From assembly GCA_963794625.1 (NCBI GenBank), contig CAWCEU010000009.1, forward strand, positions 228,523 through 292,522: a stretch of DNA of 64,000 nt, written 5' to 3'. This DNA comes from an uncultured Pseudomonadota bacterium. Its GTDB lineage: Bacteria; Pseudomonadota; Alphaproteobacteria; Acetobacterales; Acetobacteraceae. Shown here piece by piece: positions 38,588 to 48,012 of this stretch (position 1 is its first letter; every line of letters starts with the position of its first letter). The notes beneath the pieces were generated by a model. The model searched no databases. It was not told the origin of the DNA and worked only from the letters and a program-made list of their open reading frames with translations. The translations under genes and the position numbers were made by a program.

Positions 38588-39660
38588 GCGGCCTCCGGGC
38601 CCAAGGGGCGGACACGGCGGAAGCGATGCAGGATCAGCACATCCGCGCCCAGCAAATAGAACAGCAGCACGCCCTGGAAAATGCCGGTGATGGCGTTGGG
38701 CATGTTGAGATTGATCTGCGCCGCGTCGCCACCAAGATAGGAGAGCGCCAGCAGCAGCCCGGCGAAGATTACCCCCACCGGATGCAGCCGCCCCAGAAAC
38801 GCGACGATGACGGCGGAGAAGCCATAACCCGGCGTGATGGTGGTGGTGAGCTGGCCGATGGGGCCCGTGACCTCAATGATGCCCGCCAGGCCTGACAGCC
38901 CGCCCGAAACCAGCAGCGCGATCCAGGTGAGGCGGGCATTGGAAAACCCGGCAAAGCGCGCGGCGCGCGGCGCCTGGCCGACGACGCGGAGCTGAAAGCC
39001 CAGCACCGAGCGCGCCAGAATTTGCCACAGCACCAAAGCCAGCAGCGGCGCCAGCAGGCAGCCGAGATGGATGGAGGTGGAACCGAAGGTTGGCGTTGTC
39101 GCACCGGCGCCGAACATCGCCGATTGCGGAAAGCCGAAGCCCTGCGGGTCCCGCCAAGGCCCGGTGACCAGCCATACCAGGATGAGGTTGGCGATATAGA
39201 CCAGCATCAGTGAGGTCAGGATCTCATTGGCGTTGAATTTCAGCTTGAGCAGCGCGACGATCCCGGCCCAGGCCATGCCGCCCAGCACGCCCAGCACCAG
39301 CACCAGCGGATAGCACCACCAGAAAGCCGCATTGGGCAGCGCCAAAGCCACCCCGGCCCCGGCCAGTGCGCCCATGGTGAACTGCCCGTCCCCGCCGATG
39401 TTCCAGACATTGGCCCGGTAGCAGAGTGCCAGCCCGGCGCCGATCATGATCAAGGGTGCGGCGCGCACCAGCAGCGAGGACAGGCCGGAGATGTTGCTGA
39501 TGGGGGTGATCAGGAAGGTCTCGATGCCTTGCACCGGCGGTTTGCCGAGCAGGGCGAAGATGATCATCATGGTGATGATCGTCAGGATAATCGCCAGCAC
39601 CGGCGAGCCGAAGGACCAGAACAGCGAGCGTTCCCCGCGCGGCTCAAGCCGGTAGAGCAT
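38584..39660 (-). CDS. ABC transporter permease (NupP/YufP-like)
   Basis: 358 aa multi-TM; partner permease of the BMP system. Confidence 0.8.
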   Translation of the reverse strand: MLYRLEPRGERSLFWSFGSPVLAIILTIITMMIIFALLGKPPVQGIETFLITPISNISGLSSLLVRAAPLIMIGAGLALCYRANVWNIGGDGQFTMGALAGAGVALALPNAAFWWCYPLVLVLGVLGGMAWAGIVALLKLKFNANEILTSLMLVYIANLILVWLVTGPWRDPQGFGFPQSAMFGAGATTPTFGSTSIHLGCLLAPLLALVLWQILARSVLGFQLRVVGQAPRAARFAGFSNARLTWIALLVSGGLSGLAGIIEVTGPIGQLTTTITPGYGFSAVIVAFLGRLHPVGVIFAGLLLALSYLGGDAAQINLNMPNAITGIFQGVLLFYLLGADVLILHRFRRVRPLGPEAA

Positions 39661-41227
39661 GCGCCAGCTCCTCTTTCCTTGCCTGGGTGCCGCCCATCAG
39701 CACGCCGATGGTCTCGATGGTTGCATCCTTCACATCCATGGGCTCAGACAGCCTCCCCGCCGCGATGACGGCGATGCGGTCGCATAAGAGCAAAATCTCG
39801 TCCAGATCCTGGGAGATGAGCACGATGGCCGTGCCCGCCGCGGCAAGCTGCACCATGGCCTCGTAGATGGCCGCGGCCGCCCCCGCATCCACGCCCCAGG
39901 TGGGCTGGGAGATAACGAGCACGCCGGGCTGCTGCAGCACCTCCCGCCCGACCAGGAATTTTTGCAGATTGCCGCCGGAGAGGGAGCGCGCCTCCGCCAG
40001 CGGGCCGGTGGTGCGCACATCGAAGGCGGAAATAACCTTGGCCGCGAATTCGCGCGTGCGCCTGGCGTTGATGAGCCCGAAGCGCCCCAGCGCGCCGCGC
40101 ACATGGGCGGAGAGGAAGCCGTTTTCCGCCAGCGTCATCGGCCCCACCGCGCCGTGGCCGTTGCGCTCCTCGGGCAAAAAGCAGCCGCCCCGGCGGCGGC
40201 GGGCACGCGGGCGCTCCAGCCCTACCTTGGCGCCGTCCAGCAGGATGTTCTCAGGGTTGCCGGCGGGGATTTCACCGGAGAGCGCATCCATCAGCTCGCC
40301 CTGGCCATTGCCGGCGATGCCGGCGATGCCAAAAATCTCCCCGCCCTTCACGGCGAAGGAGATGTCTTTCAAATCCGTGCCGAATTGCTGGTTGGAGCGG
40401 ATGGTGAGCCGGTTCACCACCAGCCGGTCAGCGCCAGGCTGCGCGGCCTTGTGGGCGTAATCCTGTGGCTTGAGCTTGGCGCTGATCATCAGCTCCGCCA
40501 GCTCGCGCGCGGTTTTTTCGGCCGGATTGCAATGCGCCACAACCTTGCCGAGGCGCATGATCGTGGCGCGCTCGCACAATACCCGGATCTCCTCCAGCTT
40601 ATGGCTGATATAGAGAATCGAGCAGCCCTCATCGCGCAGCCGCCGCAGCGTGGCGAAGAGTTTCTGTACCTCCTGCGGGGTGAGCACGGAGGTCGGCTCA
40701 TCCATGATCAGCAGCTTGGGGTTTTGCAGCAGGCTGCGCACGATCTCGATGCGCTGGCGCTCCCCCACGGAGAGGTCGTGCACCGCCTTGCGCGGGTCCA
40801 AAGGCAGGCCGTAGCGGGTGGAAATTTCCGTGATGCGGCTTTCCAGGTTTTCCCTGTCCTTGGCATCGTTGAGACCAAGGGCGATGTTCTCCGCCACCGT
40901 CAGCGCCTCGAACAGCGAGAAATGCTGGAACACCATGCCGATGCCAAGGGCGCGCGCCTGGGCGGGGCTGGCGATGGTGATGTGCTGGCCGTTCCAGAGG
41001 ATGCTTCCCGCATCCGGCTTCATCACACCGTAGATAATCTTCACCAGCGTGCTCTTGCCCGCGCCATTCTCGCCCAGCAAAGCGTGAATCTCGCCCTTGC
41101 CGATGGTCAGGTCCACATGGTCGTTCGCCAGGCAGCCTGGGAATTGCTTGACGATGCCCCGCAGGGCCAGGAGGGGCGGTGCATCCGGAACGGCTTTGTC
41201 CAGTTCAGACTCCATACCCCACTCCAC
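39644..41227 (-). CDS. ABC transporter ATP-binding protein with duplicated ABC domains (NupO/YufO-like)
   Basis: Two Walker A sites (GENGAGKST and a second degenerate one), two LSGG-like signature motifs (LSVGERQRIEI, LSGGNLQKF); 527 aa. Confidence 0.85.
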   Translation of the reverse strand: MEWGMESELDKAVPDAPPLLALRGIVKQFPGCLANDHVDLTIGKGEIHALLGENGAGKSTLVKIIYGVMKPDAGSILWNGQHITIASPAQARALGIGMVFQHFSLFEALTVAENIALGLNDAKDRENLESRITEISTRYGLPLDPRKAVHDLSVGERQRIEIVRSLLQNPKLLIMDEPTSVLTPQEVQKLFATLRRLRDEGCSILYISHKLEEIRVLCERATIMRLGKVVAHCNPAEKTARELAELMISAKLKPQDYAHKAAQPGADRLVVNRLTIRSNQQFGTDLKDISFAVKGGEIFGIAGIAGNGQGELMDALSGEIPAGNPENILLDGAKVGLERPRARRRRGGCFLPEERNGHGAVGPMTLAENGFLSAHVRGALGRFGLINARRTREFAAKVISAFDVRTTGPLAEARSLSGGNLQKFLVGREVLQQPGVLVISQPTWGVDAGAAAAIYEAMVQLAAAGTAIVLISQDLDEILLLCDRIAVIAAGRLSEPMDVKDATIETIGVLMGGTQARKEELAHALPA

Positions 41228-41388
41228 GCAACACTCTGTAGTCTAGCAACGTTCAGACCAACCAGCCCGGCGCCGCTTTCCCGGCACCAGGCGCGCTGCC
41301 CTGCACAATGCGTAGCCAGAGCGCGCCGCGCCTGCAATAGAATTGACATTCGCGCCCTGGTGAAAAATGAGATGGCAAAGGAGTTTGC

Positions 41389-42726
41389 ATGAATCTGTGG
41401 ATCAAAACGCCGCTGGCGGGAATGCCGCTTGGCGCGGAAGGCGGGATTATAACCGCCCATGGCGTGATTGCCGAGCTGGTGCCCGCCCAAGCCGCGCCAC
41501 GCATGGCGGTGGACGAAATTTTCGACGCCAGCCAGCACGTGGTGCTGCCCGGCCTGATCAACACCCACCATCATTTCTACCAGACCCTCACCCGCGCCTT
41601 CCCGGGTGCTGTGGACCGCAAGCTATTTGACTGGCTGGTGGCGCTTTACCCGGTCTGGGCGAAGATCACGCCAGGGCAATTCCGCCTCGCCTGCCGGCTG
41701 GCCATGGCGGAGCTGCTGCTCTCCGGCTGCACCACGGCGGCGGATCATCATTACCTCTTTCCGCCGGGGCTGGAGGAGGCGATCGACATCCAGATGGAGG
41801 AAGCCGAGCGGCTGGGGCTGCGGGTGGTCTTGTCCCGGGGCTCGATGGATCTCTCCGTGGAGGATGGCGGGCTGCCGCCCAAGCATGTCACCCAAGGCAT
41901 CGACGTGATTCTGAAAGACGGAGAGCGCCTGGCCAGGCGCTGGCATCAGAGCGGACCCGGAGCGATGCGCCAACTGGCCCTGGCGCCCTGCTCACCCTTT
42001 TCCGTCACCGCTGATCTGATGCGCGAAAGCGCCAAGCAGGCCGAGGCGCTGGATTTACGCCTGCATACCCATCTGGCCGAAACCGAGGATGAGAACGAGT
42101 ATTGCGTGGCGAAATTCGGCAAGCGCCCGCTGGATTATCTGGAGGATCTCGGCTGGGTGAGCGAGCGTGTGTGGTTTGCGCATGGCATCCATTTCAACCG
42201 TGACGAGATGCGCCGCATGGGGCGCGCCGGGTGCTGCGTGGCCCATTGCCCAAGCAGCAACATGATCCTGGGCTCCGGCATCTGCCCGGTGGGCGAGCTG
42301 GAGGCGGCGGGGGTTGGCGTGGGGCTGGGGGTGGATGGCTCGGCCTCCAACGATAGTTCCAACATGGCGCAGGAGCTGCGGCAGGCTTTGTTCGTCGCCC
42401 GCGCGGGGCGGGGGATCGGCGCGGCGACGCATCTGGACCCGATCCGCTGGGCGACGGAAGGCTCCGCGCGCTGCCTGGGGCGGCTCGATCTCGGGCGTAT
42501 CGAGCTTGGCAGGCAGGCGGATCTGGCGCTGTTCCGGCTGGATGAACCGCGGTTTTCCGGTGCGGGCAACCCGCTCGCCGCACTGGTGACATGCGGCGCG
42601 CACCAGGCGGACCGGGTGATGGTGGCGGGGCAATGGCGGGTGGTGGATGGCACCATTCCGGGGCTGGATATGTGTGCCCTGCTGGCCGCCCATGGCGAGG
42701 CGGCGCGGGCGCTGCGGGAGGTTTGA
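41389..42726 (+). CDS. TRZ/ATZ-family amidohydrolase (8-oxoguanine/guanine-type deaminase-like)
   Basis: 445 aa; metal-binding LPGLINTHHHFYQTLTRA, HTHLAETEDE and HCPSSN motifs of chlorohydrolase/8-oxoguanine deaminase-type enzymes. Confidence 0.75.
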   Translation: MNLWIKTPLAGMPLGAEGGIITAHGVIAELVPAQAAPRMAVDEIFDASQHVVLPGLINTHHHFYQTLTRAFPGAVDRKLFDWLVALYPVWAKITPGQFRLACRLAMAELLLSGCTTAADHHYLFPPGLEEAIDIQMEEAERLGLRVVLSRGSMDLSVEDGGLPPKHVTQGIDVILKDGERLARRWHQSGPGAMRQLALAPCSPFSVTADLMRESAKQAEALDLRLHTHLAETEDENEYCVAKFGKRPLDYLEDLGWVSERVWFAHGIHFNRDEMRRMGRAGCCVAHCPSSNMILGSGICPVGELEAAGVGVGLGVDGSASNDSSNMAQELRQALFVARAGRGIGAATHLDPIRWATEGSARCLGRLDLGRIELGRQADLALFRLDEPRFSGAGNPLAALVTCGAHQADRVMVAGQWRVVDGTIPGLDMCALLAAHGEAARALREV

Positions 42727-42728
42727 GA

Positions 42729-43205
42729 TCAGCCCCAGGCGCCGTCGTGCAGCGCGCGGGATTCTTCCACCAGCAACGGCCCCAGAACCTCTACCTTGCG
42801 CTGCCCAGCGGCGAAGACCGTGCGGCAGGGCAGATCGAGCGTGGGGTTTTCCTCGTGATTTCCGGTGATCGATTTCAGCTCATGCTCGCTCATGCCATAC
42901 ACAACCCGCCCGATGCCGGACCAATAAATCGCCCCGGCGCACATGGCGCAGGGCTCGGCGCTGGAATAGAGCGTGCAATCCGCCAGGAATTTGCCGCCAT
43001 ATTTGACGGAGGCGCGGCCTGCCAGAATCCGCTCGGCATGGCCGGTCATGTCATGGTCTGGCAGAAAGCCATTGCCCTGTTCCATCAGCACCGCGCCATC
43101 CGGCCCGGCCAGGATGGCGCCGAACGGGTGGCAGCCGCTCTCCTGGGCGCGCTTTGCCACCTCGAAGCTTTGGCGCAGCAGGGTTTCATCGTCAGGCTTG
43201 GTCAT
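42729..43205 (-). CDS. Guanine deaminase of the cytidine-deaminase fold (GuaD-type)
   Basis: 158 aa; zinc motif HAE...PCAMCAGAIYWSGIGRVVYG (CMP/dCMP deaminase zinc-binding). Confidence 0.7.
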   Translation of the reverse strand: MTKPDDETLLRQSFEVAKRAQESGCHPFGAILAGPDGAVLMEQGNGFLPDHDMTGHAERILAGRASVKYGGKFLADCTLYSSAEPCAMCAGAIYWSGIGRVVYGMSEHELKSITGNHEENPTLDLPCRTVFAAGQRKVEVLGPLLVEESRALHDGAWG

Positions 43206-44112
43206 GATCTTCCTTTGGCAGGCTTAAAAGTTGCGCTGCCACGCCAATGGCGATGACGGCGGGCTGCTTGCCGGAAATACCCGGCAGGCCGATGGGGCAA
43301 ACAAGGGGTGACGGGTCGATGCCATCCGCCTTCAGCCGGGAGAGAAAGCGCGCCCGCTTGGTGGCGGAGCCGATCATGCCGACGAATTGCGCGGGGCCGC
43401 GCAGGGCGGCGGCGGCAAGGCGGTAATCCAGCGCGTGGTCGTGGGTTAGAATCAGCGCCGCCGCGCCGGGCGCGGCCTGCGCCAAAACCTCTTCCATCAT
43501 CTCCGGCTGGCAGCAGATCACGCCTGGAATCTCCCGCATCTCCTCCCGCGTATCGAACCAGCCCAGAGAGAGCGGCAGCCCCGCGCAGGCCCGCGCGATG
43601 GCCTGCCCCACATGCCCGGCGCCGAACAGCAAAACGGGGCGGCTGGGGGCATCGACAGGCTCGATGATCTTCATGCCCGGACCAGGCTTTTCCCCGCGCG
43701 CGGGCAGAACGCTGCCTTGCAGCCGCCCGCCATAGGCGCGGTGAACGGCACCGTCCGCCAACTCGGTGATCAGCGTTTCCCCCGGCTCCGCCTCAAGAAA
43801 TCCGCACGAAGCCGGGTTGAGACGTTCGATCAGCAGCCGCACCCGGCCGCCGCAGCATTGGCCGAGCAGCGGCCCCAGCGGATAATCCTGCACCGCCCAT
43901 GTGCCGGGCGCATGGGCAAGTGCTGCGCGGGCCTGGGAGATGGCGGTGAATTCCAGATTGCCGCCGCCAATGGTGCCCTCCACCATTTCCGCCGTCACCA
44001 GCATTTTCGTGCCCGCCCCGCGCGGGGCGGAACCTTCCGTTGCCAGCACGCTCACCAGCGCCACGGGGCCGCGGGCGAGCAGGGCGCGGGCTGCGTTCAG
44101 CCACTCAGCCAT
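43192..44112 (-). CDS. xdhC: Xanthine dehydrogenase accessory/maturation protein XdhC
   Basis: 306 aa; XdhC/CoxI N-domain and Rossmann-like C-domain (LLFGAGHVGQAIARA); overlaps xdhB. Confidence 0.8.
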   Translation of the reverse strand: MAEWLNAARALLARGPVALVSVLATEGSAPRGAGTKMLVTAEMVEGTIGGGNLEFTAISQARAALAHAPGTWAVQDYPLGPLLGQCCGGRVRLLIERLNPASCGFLEAEPGETLITELADGAVHRAYGGRLQGSVLPARGEKPGPGMKIIEPVDAPSRPVLLFGAGHVGQAIARACAGLPLSLGWFDTREEMREIPGVICCQPEMMEEVLAQAAPGAAALILTHDHALDYRLAAAALRGPAQFVGMIGSATKRARFLSRLKADGIDPSPLVCPIGLPGISGKQPAVIAIGVAAQLLSLPKEDHDQA

Positions 44113-46417
44113 GGTCTGCTTTCAACCCGGCGATGGCCGCCAGAATCCGCTCCGGCGTGGCGGGAGCATCGAGTTTTGGAAACGCTGGCCCCGGTGCTGC
44201 GGCGGCCACGGCCTGGGTGAGCGCGCAGAACACCGCATTGGCGAGCATGAAAGGCGGCTCCCCCACGGCTTTCGAGCGGTGAATGGTCGGCTCCGTATTG
44301 CGCCCCGGCGCCCAGAGCTTGATCTCCATTTTCGCCGGACGGTCGGAGGCGGTGGGAATCTTGTAGGTGGAGGGCGCATGGGTGAGCAGGCGGCCGTTTT
44401 CGTCGAACACCAGCTCCTCGGTGGTGAGCCAGCCCATGCCCTGGATGAAACCGCCTTCCACCTGCCCGAGATCGATGGCCGGGTTCAGCGATTTGCCGGC
44501 ATCATGCAGAATATCCACCGCCAGCACCTTATGCTCGCCGGTGAGTATGTCGATGGCCACTTCCGCCACCGCGGCGCCATAGCTGAAATAATAGAAAGGC
44601 CGGCCCGTATGGGTCTTGCGGTCGTAATGGATGTCCGGCGTGGCGTAGAAACCCGTCGATGAGAGCGATATCCGATTCAGATAGGCAAGATGGCAAAGTT
44701 TCCCGAAGCTGATCAGCTCCGCCCCCGCCTGCACGCCGGACAGAGTGAAATGCACATCCGCTTCGGCCACATTGAAATGTTTTGCCGCGAATTCCACAAG
44801 CCGCTGGCGGATGGTCTCCGCCGCGTTGAAGGCCGCCATGCCGTTAAGGTCGGAACCGGAGGACGCCGCCGTGGCGGAGGTGTTGGGAACCTTGTCGGTC
44901 CGCGTTGAGGAGATGCGCACGGTTTCCACCGGCACGGCGAACACATCCGCCACCACCTGCGCCACCTTGATCATCAGCCCCTGCCCCATCTCGGTGCCGC
45001 CATGGTTCAGCAAAATCGAGCCATCCGTATAGATATTCACCAGGGCGCCGCCCTGGTTGAGATGGGTGGTGGTGAAGCTGATGCCGAATTTTACCGGGGT
45101 GAGGGAGATGCCTTTCTTGATGATGCGGTGGGTTTCATTCCACGCCGCCACCTCGTCCCGGCGCTTTGCATAATTGCTGGTTTCAACAAGCTCGGCGACA
45201 ATCTCGGGCGCCACATTATCCGTCACCTGCATCGCATAGGGTGTGACGTCCCGTCCGGGGCCGTAGAAATTGCGCTGGCGCACGGCAAGCGGGTCCAGCC
45301 CCAGCTCATGGGCGATATGGTCCATCACGCGCTCGGCCACGATCATCCCTTGCGGGCCGCCAAAGCCCCGGAAGGCGGTGGCGGAGACCGTGTTGGTCTT
45401 GGCGCGGTGGGAATGGATGTTCACCGCCGGATAGAAATAGCAATTATCCGTATGGAACATCGCACGGTCATTGATCGAGTAGGACAGATCCGCCGTGCAG
45501 CCGCAGCGCGATGCCAATTCGATTGAAATTGCCTGGATGGTTCCGGTTTCGTCAAACCCCGCCTCATACCCGGCGGAGAATTCATGGCGCTTGCCGGTCA
45601 TCACCATGTCGTCGTCACGGTCGGCGCGGATTTTCACCTGGCTCCCGGTGCGCAGCGCCGCCAGCGCGGCGGCGGCGGCGAAGAGGGCGGGTTGCGTTTC
45701 CTTGCCGCCAAAGCCGCCGCCCATGCGGCGCACCTCCAGCGTGACGTCCGCATCAGCAAGCCCCAGCACGCGCGAGACGATATGCTGCACCTCGCTGGGA
45801 TGCTGGGTGGAGGAGAGCACATGCACCCCGCCTTCCTGCGGCGAGGCGATGGCGATCTGCCCTTCCAGATAGAAATGATCCTGCCCGCCGATTTCAAGCC
45901 GGCCCTGCACGCGGCGTGGCGAAGCCGCCAGCGCCGCCGCCACGTCGCCCCGCCCCATCGTCTGGGCAGGCTCGATCACCGAATCCGCCGCCAGCGCGTC
46001 CTCGATGGAGAGCAGAGGCGGGAGTTTTTCATATTCCACCTTGCCCAGCTTCGCCGCACGGCGGGCAGCCTGGTAGCTGGTGGCGACGACCAGGAAGATC
46101 GCCTGGCCGTGATAGATTACCTCGCTCTCCGCGAAGAGCCGGTCATCGCCCGCGAAGGGGCTGACATCGTTCTTGCCTGGAATATCGGCGGCGGAAAATA
46201 CCGCCACCACGCCAGGGGCGGCGCGCACGGCGGAAAGATCGAGGCTTACAATCTTCGCATGTGCGGCCTCAGACAATCCGAACGCGCCATGCAGCATGCC
46301 GGCGGCCTCGGGCACATCGTCCGTATAAAGCGCTTGGCCGGAGACATGGGCACGCGCGGAATCATGCGGCAACGGGCGCGAGACGGCGGAGAGGAACTGG
46401 ATCTCGCGGTCAGCCAT
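44105..46417 (-). CDS. xdhB: Xanthine dehydrogenase molybdopterin-binding subunit XdhB
   Basis: About 770 aa; aldehyde oxidase/xanthine dehydrogenase a/b hammerhead and MoCo-binding domains (GGGFGGKE, the catalytic Glu region near the C-terminus). Probable start MADREIQ at 46417 overlapping the xdhA stop (ATGGCTGA); an alternative ATG is at 46435. Confidence 0.85.
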   Translation of the reverse strand: MADREIQFLSAVSRPLPHDSARAHVSGQALYTDDVPEAAGMLHGAFGLSEAAHAKIVSLDLSAVRAAPGVVAVFSAADIPGKNDVSPFAGDDRLFAESEVIYHGQAIFLVVATSYQAARRAAKLGKVEYEKLPPLLSIEDALAADSVIEPAQTMGRGDVAAALAASPRRVQGRLEIGGQDHFYLEGQIAIASPQEGGVHVLSSTQHPSEVQHIVSRVLGLADADVTLEVRRMGGGFGGKETQPALFAAAAALAALRTGSQVKIRADRDDDMVMTGKRHEFSAGYEAGFDETGTIQAISIELASRCGCTADLSYSINDRAMFHTDNCYFYPAVNIHSHRAKTNTVSATAFRGFGGPQGMIVAERVMDHIAHELGLDPLAVRQRNFYGPGRDVTPYAMQVTDNVAPEIVAELVETSNYAKRRDEVAAWNETHRIIKKGISLTPVKFGISFTTTHLNQGGALVNIYTDGSILLNHGGTEMGQGLMIKVAQVVADVFAVPVETVRISSTRTDKVPNTSATAASSGSDLNGMAAFNAAETIRQRLVEFAAKHFNVAEADVHFTLSGVQAGAELISFGKLCHLAYLNRISLSSTGFYATPDIHYDRKTHTGRPFYYFSYGAAVAEVAIDILTGEHKVLAVDILHDAGKSLNPAIDLGQVEGGFIQGMGWLTTEELVFDENGRLLTHAPSTYKIPTASDRPAKMEIKLWAPGRNTEPTIHRSKAVGEPPFMLANAVFCALTQAVAAAAPGPAFPKLDAPATPERILAAIAGLKADHG

Positions 46418-47837
46418 GGGCCAGCTCCAGAACATTCACCATTTCGCCTTGCTGTTCCGCCCAGAGCCGGCGCAACAGATTGCCCGCCACAGCGAGGCGA
46501 TAGGCACTGCTGCCGCGTACATCGCTCAGCGGCGCAAAATCTTCCGCAATCAAGGACGCGGCTTTTTCCAAACTTTCCTCGCTCCAGGCCGCGCCAATCA
46601 GCGCCGCCTCGGCCGCCTTGGCGCGTTTCGGCGTCGCCGCCATGCCGCCAAAGGCGATGCGCGCCTCAGCAATGCGCCCGTCCTCGACCCGCAGCTTGAT
46701 GGCACCGCAGACGGCGGAAATGTCGCTATCGAAGCGCTTGGAGAGTTTGGAGATGCTGACGATATCTTTCTCCTCCGGGCGCGGGATGAAGATGGACTCC
46801 ACAAACTCCCCCGGCTGACGATCCTGTTTGCCGTAGGCGATGAAGAAATCCTCCAGCGCCATGCTCCGGCGTTCATCGCCCCGGCGAAGCGTCAGCTTCG
46901 CCCCCAGCGCGATCAACGCGGGCGGCATGTCGCCAATCGGCGAGCCATTGGCGATATTGCCGCCGATGGTGCCCGCGTTGCGCACCTGCGCGCCGCCGAT
47001 GCGCCGCACCAATTCCCCCAGCGCCGGGTGCAGGCGTGTCAGCGCGGCTTGCGCCTCCGTATAGCGCACGCAGGCGCCCAGCTTCACGCCCTCCGGCGTT
47101 TCCTCGATGAGACGCAAATCCTCGATATCGCCGATGAAGATCAATTCATCCAGCACGCGCTGCTGCTTGGTCACCCAAAGCCCGACATCCGTGGCCCCCG
47201 CCACCAGCCGCGCCTGCGGATGGCTGAGATATAAAGCCGCCAGCTCATCGGTGCTGCGCGGCGTGAAGGCCGGCGCTCATGCCCGGCGAGATTATCCTGG
47301 AATCGGAACTCCCGGCTTTCAGTCCTGCAATTTCCGCAATGCTGTAACGGCGGCCGCATCGTCACGCGGCGTGCTGCCCATTGCCTCGCCCGCCGCCAAT
47401 ATCGGCCCGTAGCCGGTGCAGCGGCAGAGATTGCCCGAGAGTATATCCGCCACACTCTGCTCCGCCCCCAGCGCGCCAATGGCTTTGCCGTAGAGGGACA
47501 TCACGATACCCGGCGTGCAGAAGCCGCATTGCGAGCCATGGCGCTCCACCATGTCCGTCTGCACAGGGTGCGCGCCGCCCAGGCTCTCAATGGTCAGCAG
47601 CGCCTTGCCATCCAGCATCGGCAGGAAGGTGATGCAGCTATTCACCGCCCGCCAGGCAATGCGCTCGCCCGCAAGCTCGCCCAGCAGCACGGTGCAGGCG
47701 CCGCAATCGCCCTCCGCGCAGCCTTCCTTGGTGCCGGTGCGGCGCAGGCGGGTGCGCAGCATCTCCAGAACCGTGCCGGTGGGGTCCACCTCCTCCAGCG
47801 CGATCACCTCGCCATCCAGCAGGAACCGCATGCTCAT
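46410..47837 (-). pseudogene. xdhA: Xanthine dehydrogenase small subunit XdhA (2Fe-2S + FAD-binding), interrupted in the interdomain linker by a compensating pair of frameshifts
   Basis: N-terminal 2Fe-2S part (47319-47837: CAEGDCGACTV...CGFCTPG) and FAD part (46410-47204: LVAGATDVGLWVTK...) are in the same frame but separated by three in-frame stops within about 45 nt (47277-47321). Shifting +1 over that stretch gives a plausible linker (ESREFRFQDNLAGHER) that rejoins at APAFTPRSTDELAAL. Confidence 0.7.
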
Positions 47838-47862
47838 CGGGGTCTCTCCACGTCTAGAGCAA

Positions 47863-47894
47863 TATCGGATCAACCGGAATCGGTTGATCCGATA
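47863..47894. promoter_or_regulatory. Perfect 32-bp palindrome TATCGGATCAACCG-GAAT-CGGTTGATCCGATA, 26 bp upstream of the xdhA start
   Basis: Read directly from the sequence; 14-bp arms are exact reverse complements. Confidence 0.6.
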
Positions 47895-47899
47895 AAGTT

Positions 47900-47937
47900 G
47901 CTCGCGGCAACAATGAGCCAGAGCTGTTGCCGCGAGC
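47900..47937. promoter_or_regulatory. Perfect inverted repeat GCTCGCGGCAACA-N12-TGTTGCCGCGAGC (13-bp arms), adjacent to the 32-bp palindrome
   Basis: Read directly; lies between the ABC permease stop (48013) and xdhA. Not followed by a U-tract on either strand, so it is not a canonical intrinsic terminator. Confidence 0.55.
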
Positions 47938-48012
47938 CAAAATAAACGGAAACAACTCTGGCCCAACCCTTGGAGTGTTCACGCCGTGGCTCAGCCTGTC
48001 AACGCCGAAGTT

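Noticed and set aside
41345-41375. TTGACA at 41345-41350 upstream of the TRZ/ATZ gene as a promoter
   Set aside because: The -35 is consensus but no acceptable -10 lies at the proper spacing (AAATGA-like only).
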